DNA of 64,000 nt from Raja brachyura. Lineage: Eukaryota. Below the pieces are notes generated by a model that saw only the letters and a program-made list of their open reading frames with translations, did no database searches and was not told the DNA's origin. Made by a program: the position numbers and the translations under genes. The stretch is taken from NCBI GenBank assembly GCA_963514005.1, contig OY740797.1:42470001-42534000 (forward strand), written 5' to 3'. Below, piece after piece: positions 1 to 13,500 of this stretch; the first letter of the stretch is position 1; each line of letters starts with the position of its first letter.

Positions 1-78
1 TGAGCAAATGCCAGAAGTGGGCTTTGACATTCACTCTACATACTGTCTTTTTCTTCCCCCTGCTTGCCACCATCTCGT

Positions 79-240
79 AGCATGCAAATAGGAAGCTGCG
101 ATGATCACAAGTGATCACAAAATGGAGGATTTCAGCAGAGCGAGGGGAGTGAGGGGAAAATAATATATAATATAAATGGTTGCTGACGTGCTGTCAGTGG
201 AGAAATTGCTGTTCTGAAGCCATTTGTGTTGAAATTAGTA
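79..240 (+). promoter_or_regulatory. Candidate Pol II core promoter/TSS with TATA, Inr, octamer and YY1-like sites
   Basis: ATGCAAAT octamer at 82-89, TGATCACAA direct repeat at 102-120 and YY1-like CAAAATGG at 118-125. TATATAA/TATAAA lies at 164-176, with Inr-like TCAGT at 194-198, 25-32 nt downstream. The sequence GAGAAATTGCTGTTCTGAAGCCATTTGTGTTGAAAT (200-236) resembles my recollection of the 5' end of distal SOX2-OT transcripts (unverified). Confidence 0.5.
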
Positions 241-1583
241 GAAATAAAATTATCTCCGCACATCTCTGGCCTGTCCTCCATTATAGCCAGCCATTTGCAA
301 TTTCCCTATTTGATGCTGTTGATAATTATCCGACAGAAGCGTATTGCAAATGTCTGAAAAAACCCAAAAATTATCTTGGAAGTGTAATGATACATAATAC
401 AGCGAGAAGCAGCAAATTTAGATCCCACTAGTGCATAAATAGACAAATTCTGCAGGAGTCCGTAATGTCAGTGGTGTCGTTTATGGGTGCACCTTATTAG
501 TTCTAACAGGCTGGTTAGCATGGGGTCACCTCCACGGCTGCTGCACGCCACAGCAGGGTCATGCATCTTCAGGCTAAAACCAGGCAAAAGCAAGCTGAAG
601 ATTCTGTCAGATCAGTCCAGCATGCAAATGTTGTCTTATTTTTTTTCTTTGTGCATGTGTATCTGCGTGTATGGGTGCGTGGACGAATGTGTCTGTTTTC
701 TTTTCTCTTTCTCCACCAGCCTCCTCCCCCCTTGCTCTATATCTGCAGGACCATGTGATCCTGTTCTGGGCACGGGAGATAAACGAAGCACAACAACATG
801 GAAGGAAATAAAGGGCATCAGTTATCTTTATTCCTTACATCTCCCCCACCCCATCAGACATTTGGATGAAATTTAAAACCTTTTAAGAACTTTGTGTTTT
901 TATTCAAAACAAGTTTTCTGTGGCTCGTTTATGTTTTCTTAAATTGACGAGTTTAAAAATAAAAATGTGGCTTGCTTTCAATATGGTCGCCCTCTTTTAA
1001 AAAACGGTTGTGTAATTTAATTGGCTCTTCCATAATTCGGTTCAGAATTATGTTTTATCATTTAAGCAGCATTTATTCTCAGTAAAATGTGAGGTTGCAT
1101 TTATTTTCTGGGGCTGGAGTGTTCTGATGTAGCTGCACCCTCTGTCATGAATGTTTTCATCAAATTCAGTTACCCAGAAGAGAGTCGGCAGACATGTGAT
1201 TAAAATTATGTTTCTCTTATAAAGTGTTCAATCAGTCCAGACTGGACCTTTTTGAATGACAATTTCATCCGAATTTGTGTCCTCGACTATTACTGAGTTA
1301 TTTTTACACGAAGCAATTCCGAGTTTGAATATATGGAAGACATTTGCACTGCTTTTAATCCCAGGCACATGCCTGCAATGTGGTTCTAGCCCCTAACCAC
1401 CAACTCCTCAGAGCAACGTCTGGAAAAGTGACTCTTACAAGTTACGAAAGCCTTCAGGTTTTCCTTTGTAAAGCGTTTAACTGTGACCCACCCCTCCTCT
1501 CTTCCCTCCCCCTATCCAAGGCTTCATGATGTCTTGCCTGCTGGCTTAACATGTAGTTGTCTTTTTATTTTTTTATATACCAG

Positions 1584-1691
1584 TCACAACTCGGAGAGAG
1601 GAGGGGATAGCAAAACCTTGAAGGATGGAGCTCAAAATTCAAAGCAGCCACAGGGAATTCCAAGGCAAGAGCACAAGGCAAACAAGCTGAG
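1584..1691 (+). ncRNA. Spliced exon (108 nt) of a probable lncRNA, tentatively the Sox2ot/Sox2dot orthologue
   Basis: T-rich tract and CAG acceptor (ctttttatttttttatataccag|), strong donor GAG|GTAAGG, and a purine-rich body. Recalled similarity to a conserved SOX2-OT exon was not checked by alignment. Confidence 0.6.
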
Positions 1692-4600
1692 GTAAGGCAG
1701 TTCTATCCTTTTCCTCGTTTTATTTATGGCCTCGTAGTGCGAGACTTTAAAAAACTTGTACTTGACTGCCAAAGCAGATGAGCATGGAAATCATGTGAAT
1801 ATGCAAAGCAGGCACACAGGCTGCGTTTGTGACACGTGTATGTGTGTATCCACCTCCCCTCCTCCTTGCCTCAGCGTCTGATCCTCAACAGATTGCTGTT
1901 GTTTCTTCTGATCACCAGCCCTGTGTGCAGAGAAGGGCTTCAAGCTCAGAATCATGACATGATTGCAGTGTTTTTTAATGTGTGCTTTTCTAGCTCATTT
2001 GCATGTCAAAGCCACGGAGGTGTGAGGGCAGAGATTAGTATGGATATGACATAATGATGTAATGAATTGAATGTGATCGCTTATGCAAGTAAGCAGGCAA
2101 GGACTTCTGATTTACTGTACAAGGTTGATTAGTGCCAGGGGCTGTCAGAATGCATTCTTTATTAGGGATGATTTTTTTGAAAAAATGATAGTGCTTTTCA
2201 GTTTTATTTGTTTTCACTGCAGCTTCATTTTTTAACCTGATTTTATTTGCATGGAATTTTATGATCATTAAACATGAAGCACAGCTTGACAATCAGACAT
2301 TTATTGCCAAAATTTATTGAATCCACAGCAGAATTTGTGAACAAAAGATGCCTAGTTAAAAATATGGCGCACAAATATTTCTACTTATTATTACTTGTTA
2401 TTTTTATTTATCAATACAGGGAAATCTAGAGCTTTACATTTAACAGAGGTGAAGTCAAATCAGGGATGACTTAAACTGAGTTGCGTTTGCATTCAGTTGC
2501 TGATGATATGATGCAGCAGCCAAGTTTGCAATTGCCAGTTTATTAATACTTCACAGAATTTAATTTAAATGTTCTTTTATTAAAAATTATTCGACTTTTT
2601 AATTTTTAAATCACATTTTCATTGAAGCACATGGCCTACTATTGAACAATGCTGTAATTCAGAAATATTGAAGGCAAGAAAAAGCACATTAACCTTTGTT
2701 TTTCATGGATTACATCCCAGACATTCATCCGCTTTTATACAAGCCATGAGTCGAGTAAAATAAAACTTTGCTTCTGTAAAGCAGTGAGATGCTGTTTGTT
2801 CTCTAGCTGGTGTTTTAACTTGTAGAACGCTTGCTTTGCTGCCCCTATAAGCTTGCAATTGCTACAGAGCTCCCACCGAAACCCTAGTCTGTAGTCCCAA
2901 TAAGAAAGAAAGGCAGAAAAGAGGATTATTACTATTGATCCACCCAAGGGGATCATTAAACATCAGTATCAATCCACAAATCAGCAGTCTGTGGTAGTTG
3001 CTTGGGCAGTCATTGGCAATTTGTCCCTATTAGATGGCCTTGCCCGAGGTGTCGATGATGAGAGTGTGTCTTTATCAGAACTTCAGATAGTAATTTTAGA
3101 ATTTTTTCAAAAAATTCCCGGGTCACATCAGAACATGGAAGAACAATATTTTGGTATTTTAAAAGTGATATAGGCTTAATAATGTACTGGAGTTGCCAGA
3201 TCTTTCGTCCCCATTATTACTTTATGGAAGTAGATTATTCTTCCTGGGGATAGCAGTTTACATTTTATTATCAGTTAACTAGAAATTCATTTTAGATTGA
3301 ATTAATAAGTTAAGTTAATACATATAAAATTCTCACACAATGCAATGTACAAATAAAATAAATGTCACATCCTATCATTTATATGTATTATGGAAAGGGA
3401 AATACACAACTGATTGTATCAGTAATTTACTGATCAAAAACTGATATTGATCTTCAGTAATCATAAATCCATAGTGGTTATTTCTTACTTCTCTGTTACT
3501 TTCAGGTTTTGATCATTGGCAATTTGGGTGTCTAAAATACAACATGGTGAATTACTTTCTACCATGTATTTTATTCATTTTCTTCAGGGCATCGATTTAA
3601 TGTTTGGCTCTGTGAAGTTAACGATATAACTGCATGTAAAAAAACACTGTTAAAAGTAGATTTGTAATTTTTTTTTCCAGATAAAATGCTCTAAAGAAAT
3701 GCTCTCAATATTAAAGCAATGATAACTGCATCACAATGGTTCAGTATCATACACATTTGATGTAAATTCCCCTTGATCAGTTCTTGTGCTTTTTCTATTA
3801 TTTACAGATGTGTCTTTGGCTCTCGATATCTTCATTTGCGTTTCTGTATTTATGAAGATTTTTTTCAGACTAAAAATAATTCAGACTAAATCTTCCATCG
3901 CTCACAACACAATGTCAAAACGTGAAGAAATATCTGTGAAACCGTTATTATTTATCAAGGCAGAGGTGATTTCATTCTCAATCTCATCATTGTACAGCAA
4001 TAAATAGCTAAAGTTAGATGTACACCTGAGCCTCATTATTGGGACAAATGATTTGACTTCAGTGAGTTAATTGAAGCCCATTACTGATTAAATAGTTTCT
4101 TTCAACCTTAGTACATACATAAGCATTTAGAACAAAATGTTATATAATGAATTTTTATTCTTGGATAATTGTTATGCAGCATAATCTACACATTTTATAG
4201 TTTTGTTTTCATTGTGAGCCCATACACGATGATGGCCATTTTTATCCACAATTTCCTGGGGAAATATAGCACAGATAATAAAAAAGAAAAAATATTATAA
4301 AGCAGATCAGAATTCTGAATGACCACAAACTAACTAACACTTAGCTACTTATATCACCAAATTATCACTTATATCACATCCTTATTTTAATCAGGACCTA
4401 AATGGGGAAGCATTAACTTAAATGCAGCATTTTAGAAAGTTTACATATAACAAAAGATTTTAGTGGTTTCCTTTTAAGGTTAAACCAAGCATTGACTTGT
4501 TATTAACAAAATATTAATACTCGTCATTACTTTCTTTATAAATTTAATCTATTATTTAAGTTGCTGACATTTCCAATAAATTCTAATCAGTACTTTAAAT

Positions 4601-6325
4601 GTTGCAGTTAAAAAAAATGGCAGTACCATTTTTTACTAAACAGCACGTATGTGCATAAAACTAGGCATTATTTGCTCATATTCTCTTTGGCTAAAGTAGA
4701 TGTTTTAGTTAATGTTTGATTCAAAGTAGACGCTTTACATTGATAATTTGCTCAATAATTTAGAAGCTAGATTTTGCTTTATTTTTACGTCTTATTCCTG
4801 GGTCTTTACTACAAATATGATTTCAATGTTATCTATGAGAAAGTGTTTGAACATAAACTGCAATTCCTGTATGAATTGCTAATTATTTGTTAATTTTTAC
4901 TCTGGTAATAAAAACTGAAATGCCACAAATTATTTACCAAAGGTCATTCATGGAAACATTCAATATTATTGTAACTACAGAATCAACTAAGAACAGGGGA
5001 TTGAAGATTAATATTACACCGTGATATCTAATCAGAAATTGTGATGTTACAACATGGAAAAGAGAAACCGTAGAATTGTTCAAACATAATGAAGGGAAAT
5101 AAAGTAGTAAATGCGGTACAAATGTGAAGGAAATTAAGTACACATTCTACCCTTGTCCTTTGTAACACGCCACATATTTGCAGCAAACCTTTTATTGCAT
5201 GCTTATTTACAAAAAATAATCAAATGCACATTAGCTTTGCATTAATGAAACATACACTTTGGATGAATATTTCATTTAATTGGATCTTTTAATATAATGC
5301 CACCTGAAATCCACCATTCCAGGAGCTTTATTCCATGGATTTGCATGTTTAGTATATGTTGAAGAGGGCCTTATCTGTGAACGATTTATGGAGTGTACAG
5401 TAATTTTCTGTTAATATGACTGTAAAAAAAAGTCACAAGCCTTAGTGTGCACAGTTTTCATGCAGATTTTTATTATATTAATTATAAACTGCAAATTACT
5501 GACAAGATCAGAAGTAATTCCATAATGCTGTCAAAGACTTCATTTTCTTGGGCAGATGATGGATGTAGCAGAAGAGGTGACTTCCTGGATCATTAATGTA
5601 TACTATAGCTTTTGAGTTTTATTAAACTCAGTGCATATTATACACTGGTAGTCACTCTCCTTTCCATGACCGTGATTTCTGTATTACCATGAAATAGCTC
5701 AGGGTAGGCCTTTTCTTGACTACAAAAATGGTACTACGTAAAAATAACTGAAAGGAAATTAATACTGACTACTAGTCTGGCGCAGCCAACCCCGGCTCAA
5801 TACCTTCCAGATTTCCCTTCCTACAACATTTTTGGCTTCCTCAGTTACAGTATTATTATTTAACTCTGTTAACCCTGGGTTTTCTCATTGAAAGTTACCA
5901 TGCATTCATAAGATCCTTCGATGGGTCTGGAAATTTGGATTTAATTATTATTCCATCTTTGAATCTGAGCAGCTAAAATTTTGCAGAATTAGCTTTTTAC
6001 AATTCAGATGAATCAGTGTGCTTGGGTAATGCATCACATGTGCTAAATAGTGAGACTGGGTGGATTGCAGATGCAAAAGTAATTTTATTTATGAAACAAT
6101 GGCGTTCCGTGCTTTGTACATCCAAGACAAGATGGTACAAGCGAAGAAAAACACTTCATCATTTTGGTTCAGTAAAACATTTCAGAGCCAAATAACACAA
6201 TATACTCAGAAGAAATTTGATATCTTCTAAGTTTGTTTCTCATACCCTTATTTCTTAAGCAAAGAATATTTAATTTTAAACACTTGAGTTTATAATTTGA
6301 AATGGCTGCTTTTATGCAGTATTGC

Positions 6326-6339
6326 CTGTAGATGGCAAT
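6326..6339 (+). promoter_or_regulatory. Candidate CTCF site
   Basis: CCTGTAGATGGCAA closely matches the CTCF core CCWSYAGRKGGCRS with one mismatch, in unique sequence. Motif match only. Confidence 0.3.
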
Positions 6340-9300
6340 GCAGTCTATCGTCTTTGCTTTATCAAACCATTTGATTTTAAGGCTGTACGTATCTCACTAT
6401 TGTGTAAAATGATAGCTTTTTAGACAAAGGATGGTTTTTATTGGAATCTAATGATATATTTGTAATTTTTTAGTGTTCTTAAAATTTGTTGACTGTAGAG
6501 GCATGTTTGCATGATTTTAAATTTTTTTTTGGTTGCGATTCTGAAATAGCAAAAATATAGAGGGATTCTAAATTTGACTCCTGCAAACAAAGGAATCTTT
6601 TGACTATTATCCTTGAAAGATTTTGTAGTTGCATGCTTAGATGCATATGTATATTGGACGATAATTTTTAAGTGCAGGGACAGGTTCGTAGAGCTGACTT
6701 TCTTAAAAATTAACTTTTCAAAAAGATTTTTCATGCAATTTTTTTTAACAGGCTTCAATTAATTGAGCTGCTTTTCAAAATCTATGTCATTTTCGTTACT
6801 ACTTCCCCTCTATTTTATAGAAGTGGTTTTCAGTGTAATACATAAATGACACTCTACTTTTCCATTTTTTTTAATGAAATTTCATATTTCTCACAGGCTT
6901 GACCCACAGTTGAATGCCTTTTATGTCTGGTGCTTTATGCAAGTGTTTTTGTTAAAATTGAGCTTGGATGTACATTCCTTGAAGCTTCATATTTCTCACA
7001 TGGAAATGAAACAAAGGAAAGCTCGGTTAATTTTTGTGTGTTCCGGTAATTAAAGAATGAACTCTCTCCTTTCAAAATAAGCTCTCGTTTTTCCTTACTG
7101 TTGTAAAACAAAATGTTGATTACTTTTGAATTAAGCAAGCTTTATATTTTTAGATCGCATTGTCTCCTTGACGCCTATTGATGTCAGTTCAATTTTTGAC
7201 ATTTTCTCATTTGGTAAGATTTCAAAATTGCCGTCATCCTGCCAACGTGTCGAAAAAATTGTATGAAAAATCTAATGGGTGTCTGCACTGATCGCCTTCA
7301 CCCGTGGCAGAAAAGACAAAACTGATGAAATGTGAAATGTATTCAGAGTGGTTTGAGACAACGGTGTGTCAATAACCCCTTTCGTCTTGTTATGCTCAGT
7401 GCAGCATACACGCTTGTCGTGACACGTAGGTTTGTAGAATTTAGATTAACATTTTTCACATTCACCTAATGTACTGATTTATTCCTAAATAAACGCACTA
7501 AAATATGTAATATCAGATAAGAAAATGAATAATTGTTTCACGTTTGAGGCTCCTGTTAATTTTGTTTTGGTTCACGTATCATTTCAAACAGTGCCTGTGC
7601 AGCATGGGTGCTGGAGGATGCAGTCAAAAAAAGGATTTTACTTTTCCATTCGTTAGAACATGATTTATTTCTTACGGTTTTCGTTTTAATGTTCTGGTCT
7701 CCACATTGAAGTAAGAAATTCTAGATAGTCCTACAGTTAGTTTTCTGTGGCAATTCTTAATATGAATAGAAATTGGCCTATTCAACAACAAATTATTTCT
7801 ATAGCATGCCTTGATTTCAGTCTGAGGTAAAAAGCATGCTGCTGTTATCAATTTTATATTGTTTTATTTCTACTGCTTACCAAACTTGGCTGCTGTAATC
7901 ACCTTTTGTGTTAAATGCCAATCTGATACACTTCATTGCTACTTGATGCAAGTTTCTTTTAAATGTAACATAACCATTACCTTGAATCTTAATAAATATA
8001 CAGATGGACTCTGGTTTTGAATAAAAAATACATAAAATAATAGTTTATTTAATTTCCACTAGAGAAGCAACTTACAAAATGGAGGGACTGACATTTGTGT
8101 CTTGCAGGATATAAATGCATGCAACACAAATATATCCTTTTGGTGTATTTGCATTTTTTGCTTCTATTAATAAGTGTGGTATTAACTGTAATTAAATGGC
8201 AAAATCAGAAAAAAGCCTTTGATGAAAATTTAACAAAAAGGTTAAGAAAAAGCCATCTAAAGGTGGTCATTATCTGTCAGCTCCAGATTCACTTGAGATT
8301 TAATATTGCATACAAATTTATATTTTGAATGATATTAAAAAAAAATCTAATAAAGAGCAATAGAGTATAAAAAAATTAAATGCAATCGATGATTGCTGAA
8401 ATATTTCTTTTGAAATATTTAATATTTATCACGCAATATGGGCAATATTTATGAAATTATTACTTTGTTGCATTTTTATTTTTTAAAGTTATTAATTTTA
8501 TTTCATCAGACATTTATTAGCTCAATTTGATTTTAAATAAATGTAAAATGTGCTGTTGATAGAAAGATGTATTTCAAATTCTAGTGTAAATGTATGTTTT
8601 ATTTCAGTGGGTGAAGCTGCAAGACTTTCTTAGTCGATGCAGCAGATTGCATTGTATTCAAAAGCTCATGTTTTGTTGCACACGTTTGAATTAGCAGGGA
8701 AATTCTGCAGCTTGCATGCGACAGTCTCATTCATTCCATTTATTTTTTTCCTCATGAATTCAGTGAATGGTCTGCGAAGAGAAAATGACAGCTGATAAAG
8801 CATTTGTCTTTATTTGTCAACCAGTGAATCAAATATAAGAATTTGGAGGAAGAATTCCATCACGAGAATCGTAAGGGAATGACCATAAAGAGGGCGCAGT
8901 GCTGAGACCAAAGATGCATCTAGTGCCTTCTAACATATACCTTATTCATTATTTTTCTTTGAACTCAGTCAGGGGTATAATTGGAATTCAGACATCAAAG
9001 AATTCCACCACTTATTCTATCTCTTTCATTGTGTATTTCAGTCGTTTTCATAATTCTATATTAATCTTATATTTGTTCGATTTTCCCCTTAATTTTTTGC
9101 CAATTCATTTTGTTTAGTAATTGAAATACAGTCTATGAATTATTTTTCCAGCATTAAACAAAACTGGTGGAATGTATGCTTGTGTTGTCTGTCTGTCTGT
9201 TACTGTGAATTGTTTGCTTAAAGCACGCTGTTACAGACTTTGTGTGTTGCAAATTTTAGTATTTTTATAAGAAGATTAGTAATAATGAGACCAACTAATT

Positions 9301-12300
9301 CGAATTTGTAACAGAGGTATAATAATGGTTGAATTCTGGGTTTCGTACAAATAATGTTATCATTTTCTGTAAAGACTGAATACCTATTTAGTCTTATGAA
9401 ACAAAGCATGTTTGTAACAGATTAAAGAAATATTGAATCATCATTTTATTACACATAGGATCACTGGAACAATATAGTTTTGGTTGTGCGTATGACAGTT
9501 TCATTCTATCATATGATGAATAACACAAAGCTTTATTTTATCTATTATATACCGACTTCCTCAGTGAAAACGGCATTCGTATAGTTCACAGTGACGCTAC
9601 CAATAAAATGCAAATGCACTGCATCCTAAGCTATGGTACTGTGAACTGGATATGAATCTATGCAATGACACAAGTGGTATCTGTCCTTTTCATTTGAAGT
9701 AATGCCCTATTATGAAGTAAGATATTTACAACATTGATATGTGGCTGGCCAAAAAAAGAATTAGATATGGTATCTGATATGAAAATGCGAGTAATAAACA
9801 AATGCACAGTTCCAAATTTATTAAAGCTAATCTGACAAAACTCATTCCTTAGAAAGGCTGAGATTACAACAGACTTGCAAGGAGAATAAAATATTTGTGT
9901 CACTTGAGGCTATTTGGGGGGGCATATAGCAACGAGTTACTTTTATCGTTCTTACAGTGAGTAGAATTTGAACTTAATATTCCATGAAATAAGGCAACAC
10001 CATCAAGCTATTGTAATCACTTCAGGTTAATAGAAGAAGTAAAATTGTCTTTCTCGCACACATTAGAGCAAGACAGCATTATTAAAGTTTTGTGGACAGG
10101 CAGTTAAAATATATCCTCTGTGGCTGACGCAAGTCTTTTCAGTTTAGATGACAGCTTTTCAAATCTTAATAGGCTGCTCATTTCTGGTCTGAGAGTTTTC
10201 AGCACTTCTTTCAAATGTGGGCTGTAACACGAGGTAAAAACTGACATAACGAAGTGTCATGTATCGCAGAAACCTTTATTCAGTAAGTGCCCCGTGATAA
10301 ATTGGTGTCAATAAGCAAACAATTAGAAATAGTTTGTGCCACCCTCAGGGCTGTTTTCATGATTTGATTTCTAAACCTTTTCTCCTACTCTCGTTGGTCA
10401 TTATGCAATATAAAATTGTATGAAGAAGCAATGAATTAACACAAAATATATTTAATATATTTATTTATGCAGATATGTGCTTAGGAGGTTCATGGCAAAA
10501 CAATATTCCCTTCAAAGGAACAAGTTTGTATCATTTTCTTTTCACATACGGCTCCATGTTACACAGTGAGATGCAGATTAACACTATCTCTGATGTTTGC
10601 TCGAAGCTAGTAATACTGCAGAGTAACCTTGTTGTAGAGGTGTATTCTGAGATTCCTAAAAACAACGTCATGCTTTCAAATATAAAACAATAGATTAAGG
10701 TTCAGAGTTAGAATTATATAAATTTCAGAAATCAGATTATACCTGACAATTGATTTGATAACTGAAGTAGGGTTTAAATTCTGCGTACAAGATGTACCGA
10801 AGAGGTACGTTTTGATATCAGCTTTTTCGTTGTGCTGTTTATCCAGTGTGGCACTTAGCAATATGCAGTTTTGCATTACACTCTTAGCAAAGTTTCCATT
10901 CTGATATGTAGCTATAAAAGGTTTGTACAGCTTCGCTTTCCTCACAAGCTTACAATGAATATCTTCCCAGAGTATCATGGACGCTTCTATTAGGATGGAT
11001 GCAGATTGTGTGTTGTGCAGGTTACAGGTCAGAGGCATTAAATACCAGGCAATTTTCTACTCAAAAATGCAGTAAACCACAGCTTAAACATGTAAAAGTA
11101 GCAACATCAGTAGAGAATAAATGTATTTTTCATCCCAATGCTGCCACATTTCTGTCTGATTTCATATAGCATCAGTGAGAGCGCAAAACAGGAAGGATGG
11201 TTGTTGGCTACAAATATTTATCAAATATAATTTCCGCAGGACTACAGTCCACACATTTTTTTCCTTATTCTTCATGTGCTAAACTGTAATGTTTTGCATT
11301 TGAACTTCGTTAAACGACATATCACAAAATTAATATTTTGATAGTATAGCTCCTTATGCTGCAGGCCTTGGGACAATGTATTTACTTATTTTTACATCTT
11401 GTACAGCAGCGTTATTTCATTACTTCATTCTGATCTGAATGTTGAATTCAAAACCAGGTCATAATCAAATATATCAGATATGTCCATGGGAAAGCACAAA
11501 TGATTCTGTTTTCTGAAATTATTCAGGCAAAGGATGATTCGACGTTCAATAAGGAACATTTAATACTAGAAAAGGAAAATGTTGGTATTGGAATGTAACC
11601 TGAACCTTCAGCGTATTTTACAAATGATGTGAGACTGACATTTGAGCAGCCAGAAATATGTTTAATTCTGGGGATTGAGGCCTGCTTGTGGGGGTTTGGG
11701 TTCTCATTATTACCATTGTGATGCTTTAATGGCAAGAGACTACACTCGTTACAAAAAAGCAATCTCATCTTATTTGCTATGACCAATAATTTCAAAACAG
11801 TGGAGAAAAAAATGTGAAAATTAATAAACACGATCATTTTTATTTTCATTACATTGAGCAGTAAAATCCGGTTAAATTAGATTTTTTTTTTCCTTTTTGA
11901 GGTGGATTTGTGGAAAAGAATAACCACTGATGCCTGGATCACTCTCAAAATGTAAACTTAATAGACTGTTTCCTACTGAATATTTCAGTAAAAAGCTAAA
12001 ACTACCTCAAAAGACAGCCACAGGATGCACGATATTTAGTGTGGTTTTGATTAATACAATTCATTCAAACACTAAAATATGTAATTTGGTCGAGAGCTTG
12101 TGTTTCTAATAACACAGTAGCAATGTTCAACTGTTCCATTAAGTAAAACTGACTGAAAAGCTTTCTGCTATTCTGGGACTGATGGAAATTTCAATAGCTT
12201 ATTTATACAACATTCACTGCAGCAGACAAAAAATAACTTTAAGATAAGAGTGACCACAATTGAAATAAAGCTTGAAAGAAAATTCTGGAAGCAGAAAAGT

Positions 12301-13159
12301 TGGCATATTCCATGAGTCGACATTTAGTTACTATTGTGCCAGTACCAAGGTATTTTCGTTGCAGAAATACTGTATGTATCAGGGTAACTTAAAAATGCTT
12401 GCACATATTTACACTATGCCTTTCAACCTGCTTATGGTTTCATTCATAATGCATCATTTTAGGATCAGTAAATCATCTCTTTAGCTATAAACAGTTTCAA
12501 AAAAGAATAAATCCTGATTTTTTCCAATGTTCTTGCAATAATGTCAATCACTAACACATGGAATGATTTATTTAATAGATTGATTATTTCATTTCTGGCC
12601 TTTCTAGGGCTCAAAAAGCACTTGAAAGAATAAATTTAATGTGGCCTTGTGCACCGGGAGCTGAGGAGGTGACAGAAACATGAAATAATTTATACGTCTC
12701 ACACTCCTCTATCTGTCTTATATCTGCCTTGTGGTCATCCATAGAGCAGCATTAAATTCTTTAAGCAAGTATCCATTTGCTCTTTGGTGTACGGTTTAAA
12801 TTAGTAAAATGTAAATTGATGGTTTACCATGCAATGTCTTATCATAATTTATTTATGAGATGTGTCGTGTAAATGGCGAGAGAACAAGCGAATGCAGAAT
12901 CCCACATAGCTGCATGGACAATAGCATGTAAGACCATGTTATTTTATTCGCATCCCAGTGCATAATAGCACATCTGAGCTTCATTGCAGAAAGAAATGAA
13001 AAGGTGCTGAAACATGGAAGCTTCTGTTTTTTTTAAAATCAGAAGTCTTGCATATTATCAGGGAAGTACTGTAATCGTTTCTTAATGATATCTTTTATTG
13101 TCGATGCGGCACGCACTCAAGCAATTTTGAGTCGACAGGACAACTGCGTTTGAATCTAA

Positions 13160-13500
13160 AAACAGGAGCACCAGCGCTCCGTCCACATGGCCTTTGAGCC
13201 GCTCCATCACTGTACGATCATTGCTGAACCTGTGGCTCGAGTCTGTTTTTTCTGCTGAATATCCTTGTCCTCGGAATACCACAGCGTCCAAAAAATCTAT
13301 CTGTGTCGCCCTTGAATATACCCAGTGACTGAGCATCTGCTGTGTTTGAGCTGGAGAATTCAAAAAGATTTATCGCTCTCTTCATAAAGAAATTTCTCCT
13401 CATCTCGTACCTAAATGACTGACCCCTTATCCAGAGACCATACCTCCTAGTTCCAACTAGAAGATATCGTCTATCCATATCTATCCTGTTAATAACGAAC
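13160..13500 (-). mobile_element. Old degraded CR1 (HER1-like) LINE 3' fragment
   Basis: The minus-strand translation resembles the CR1 ORF2 C-terminus (GTRRYGLWIRGQSFRYEMRRNFF...). Confidence 0.7.

Noticed and set aside
487-876. 129-aa ORF near the promoter (LKPGKS looks faintly like an AUTS2 segment)
   Set aside because: It has a GTG start and runs through (TG)-rich and polypyrimidine low-complexity sequence. The similarity covers only a few residues.
7322-7341. CTGATGA...GAAA hammerhead-like words in unique sequence
   Set aside because: The intervening 5 nt cannot form stem II and no stem I or III pairing is evident.
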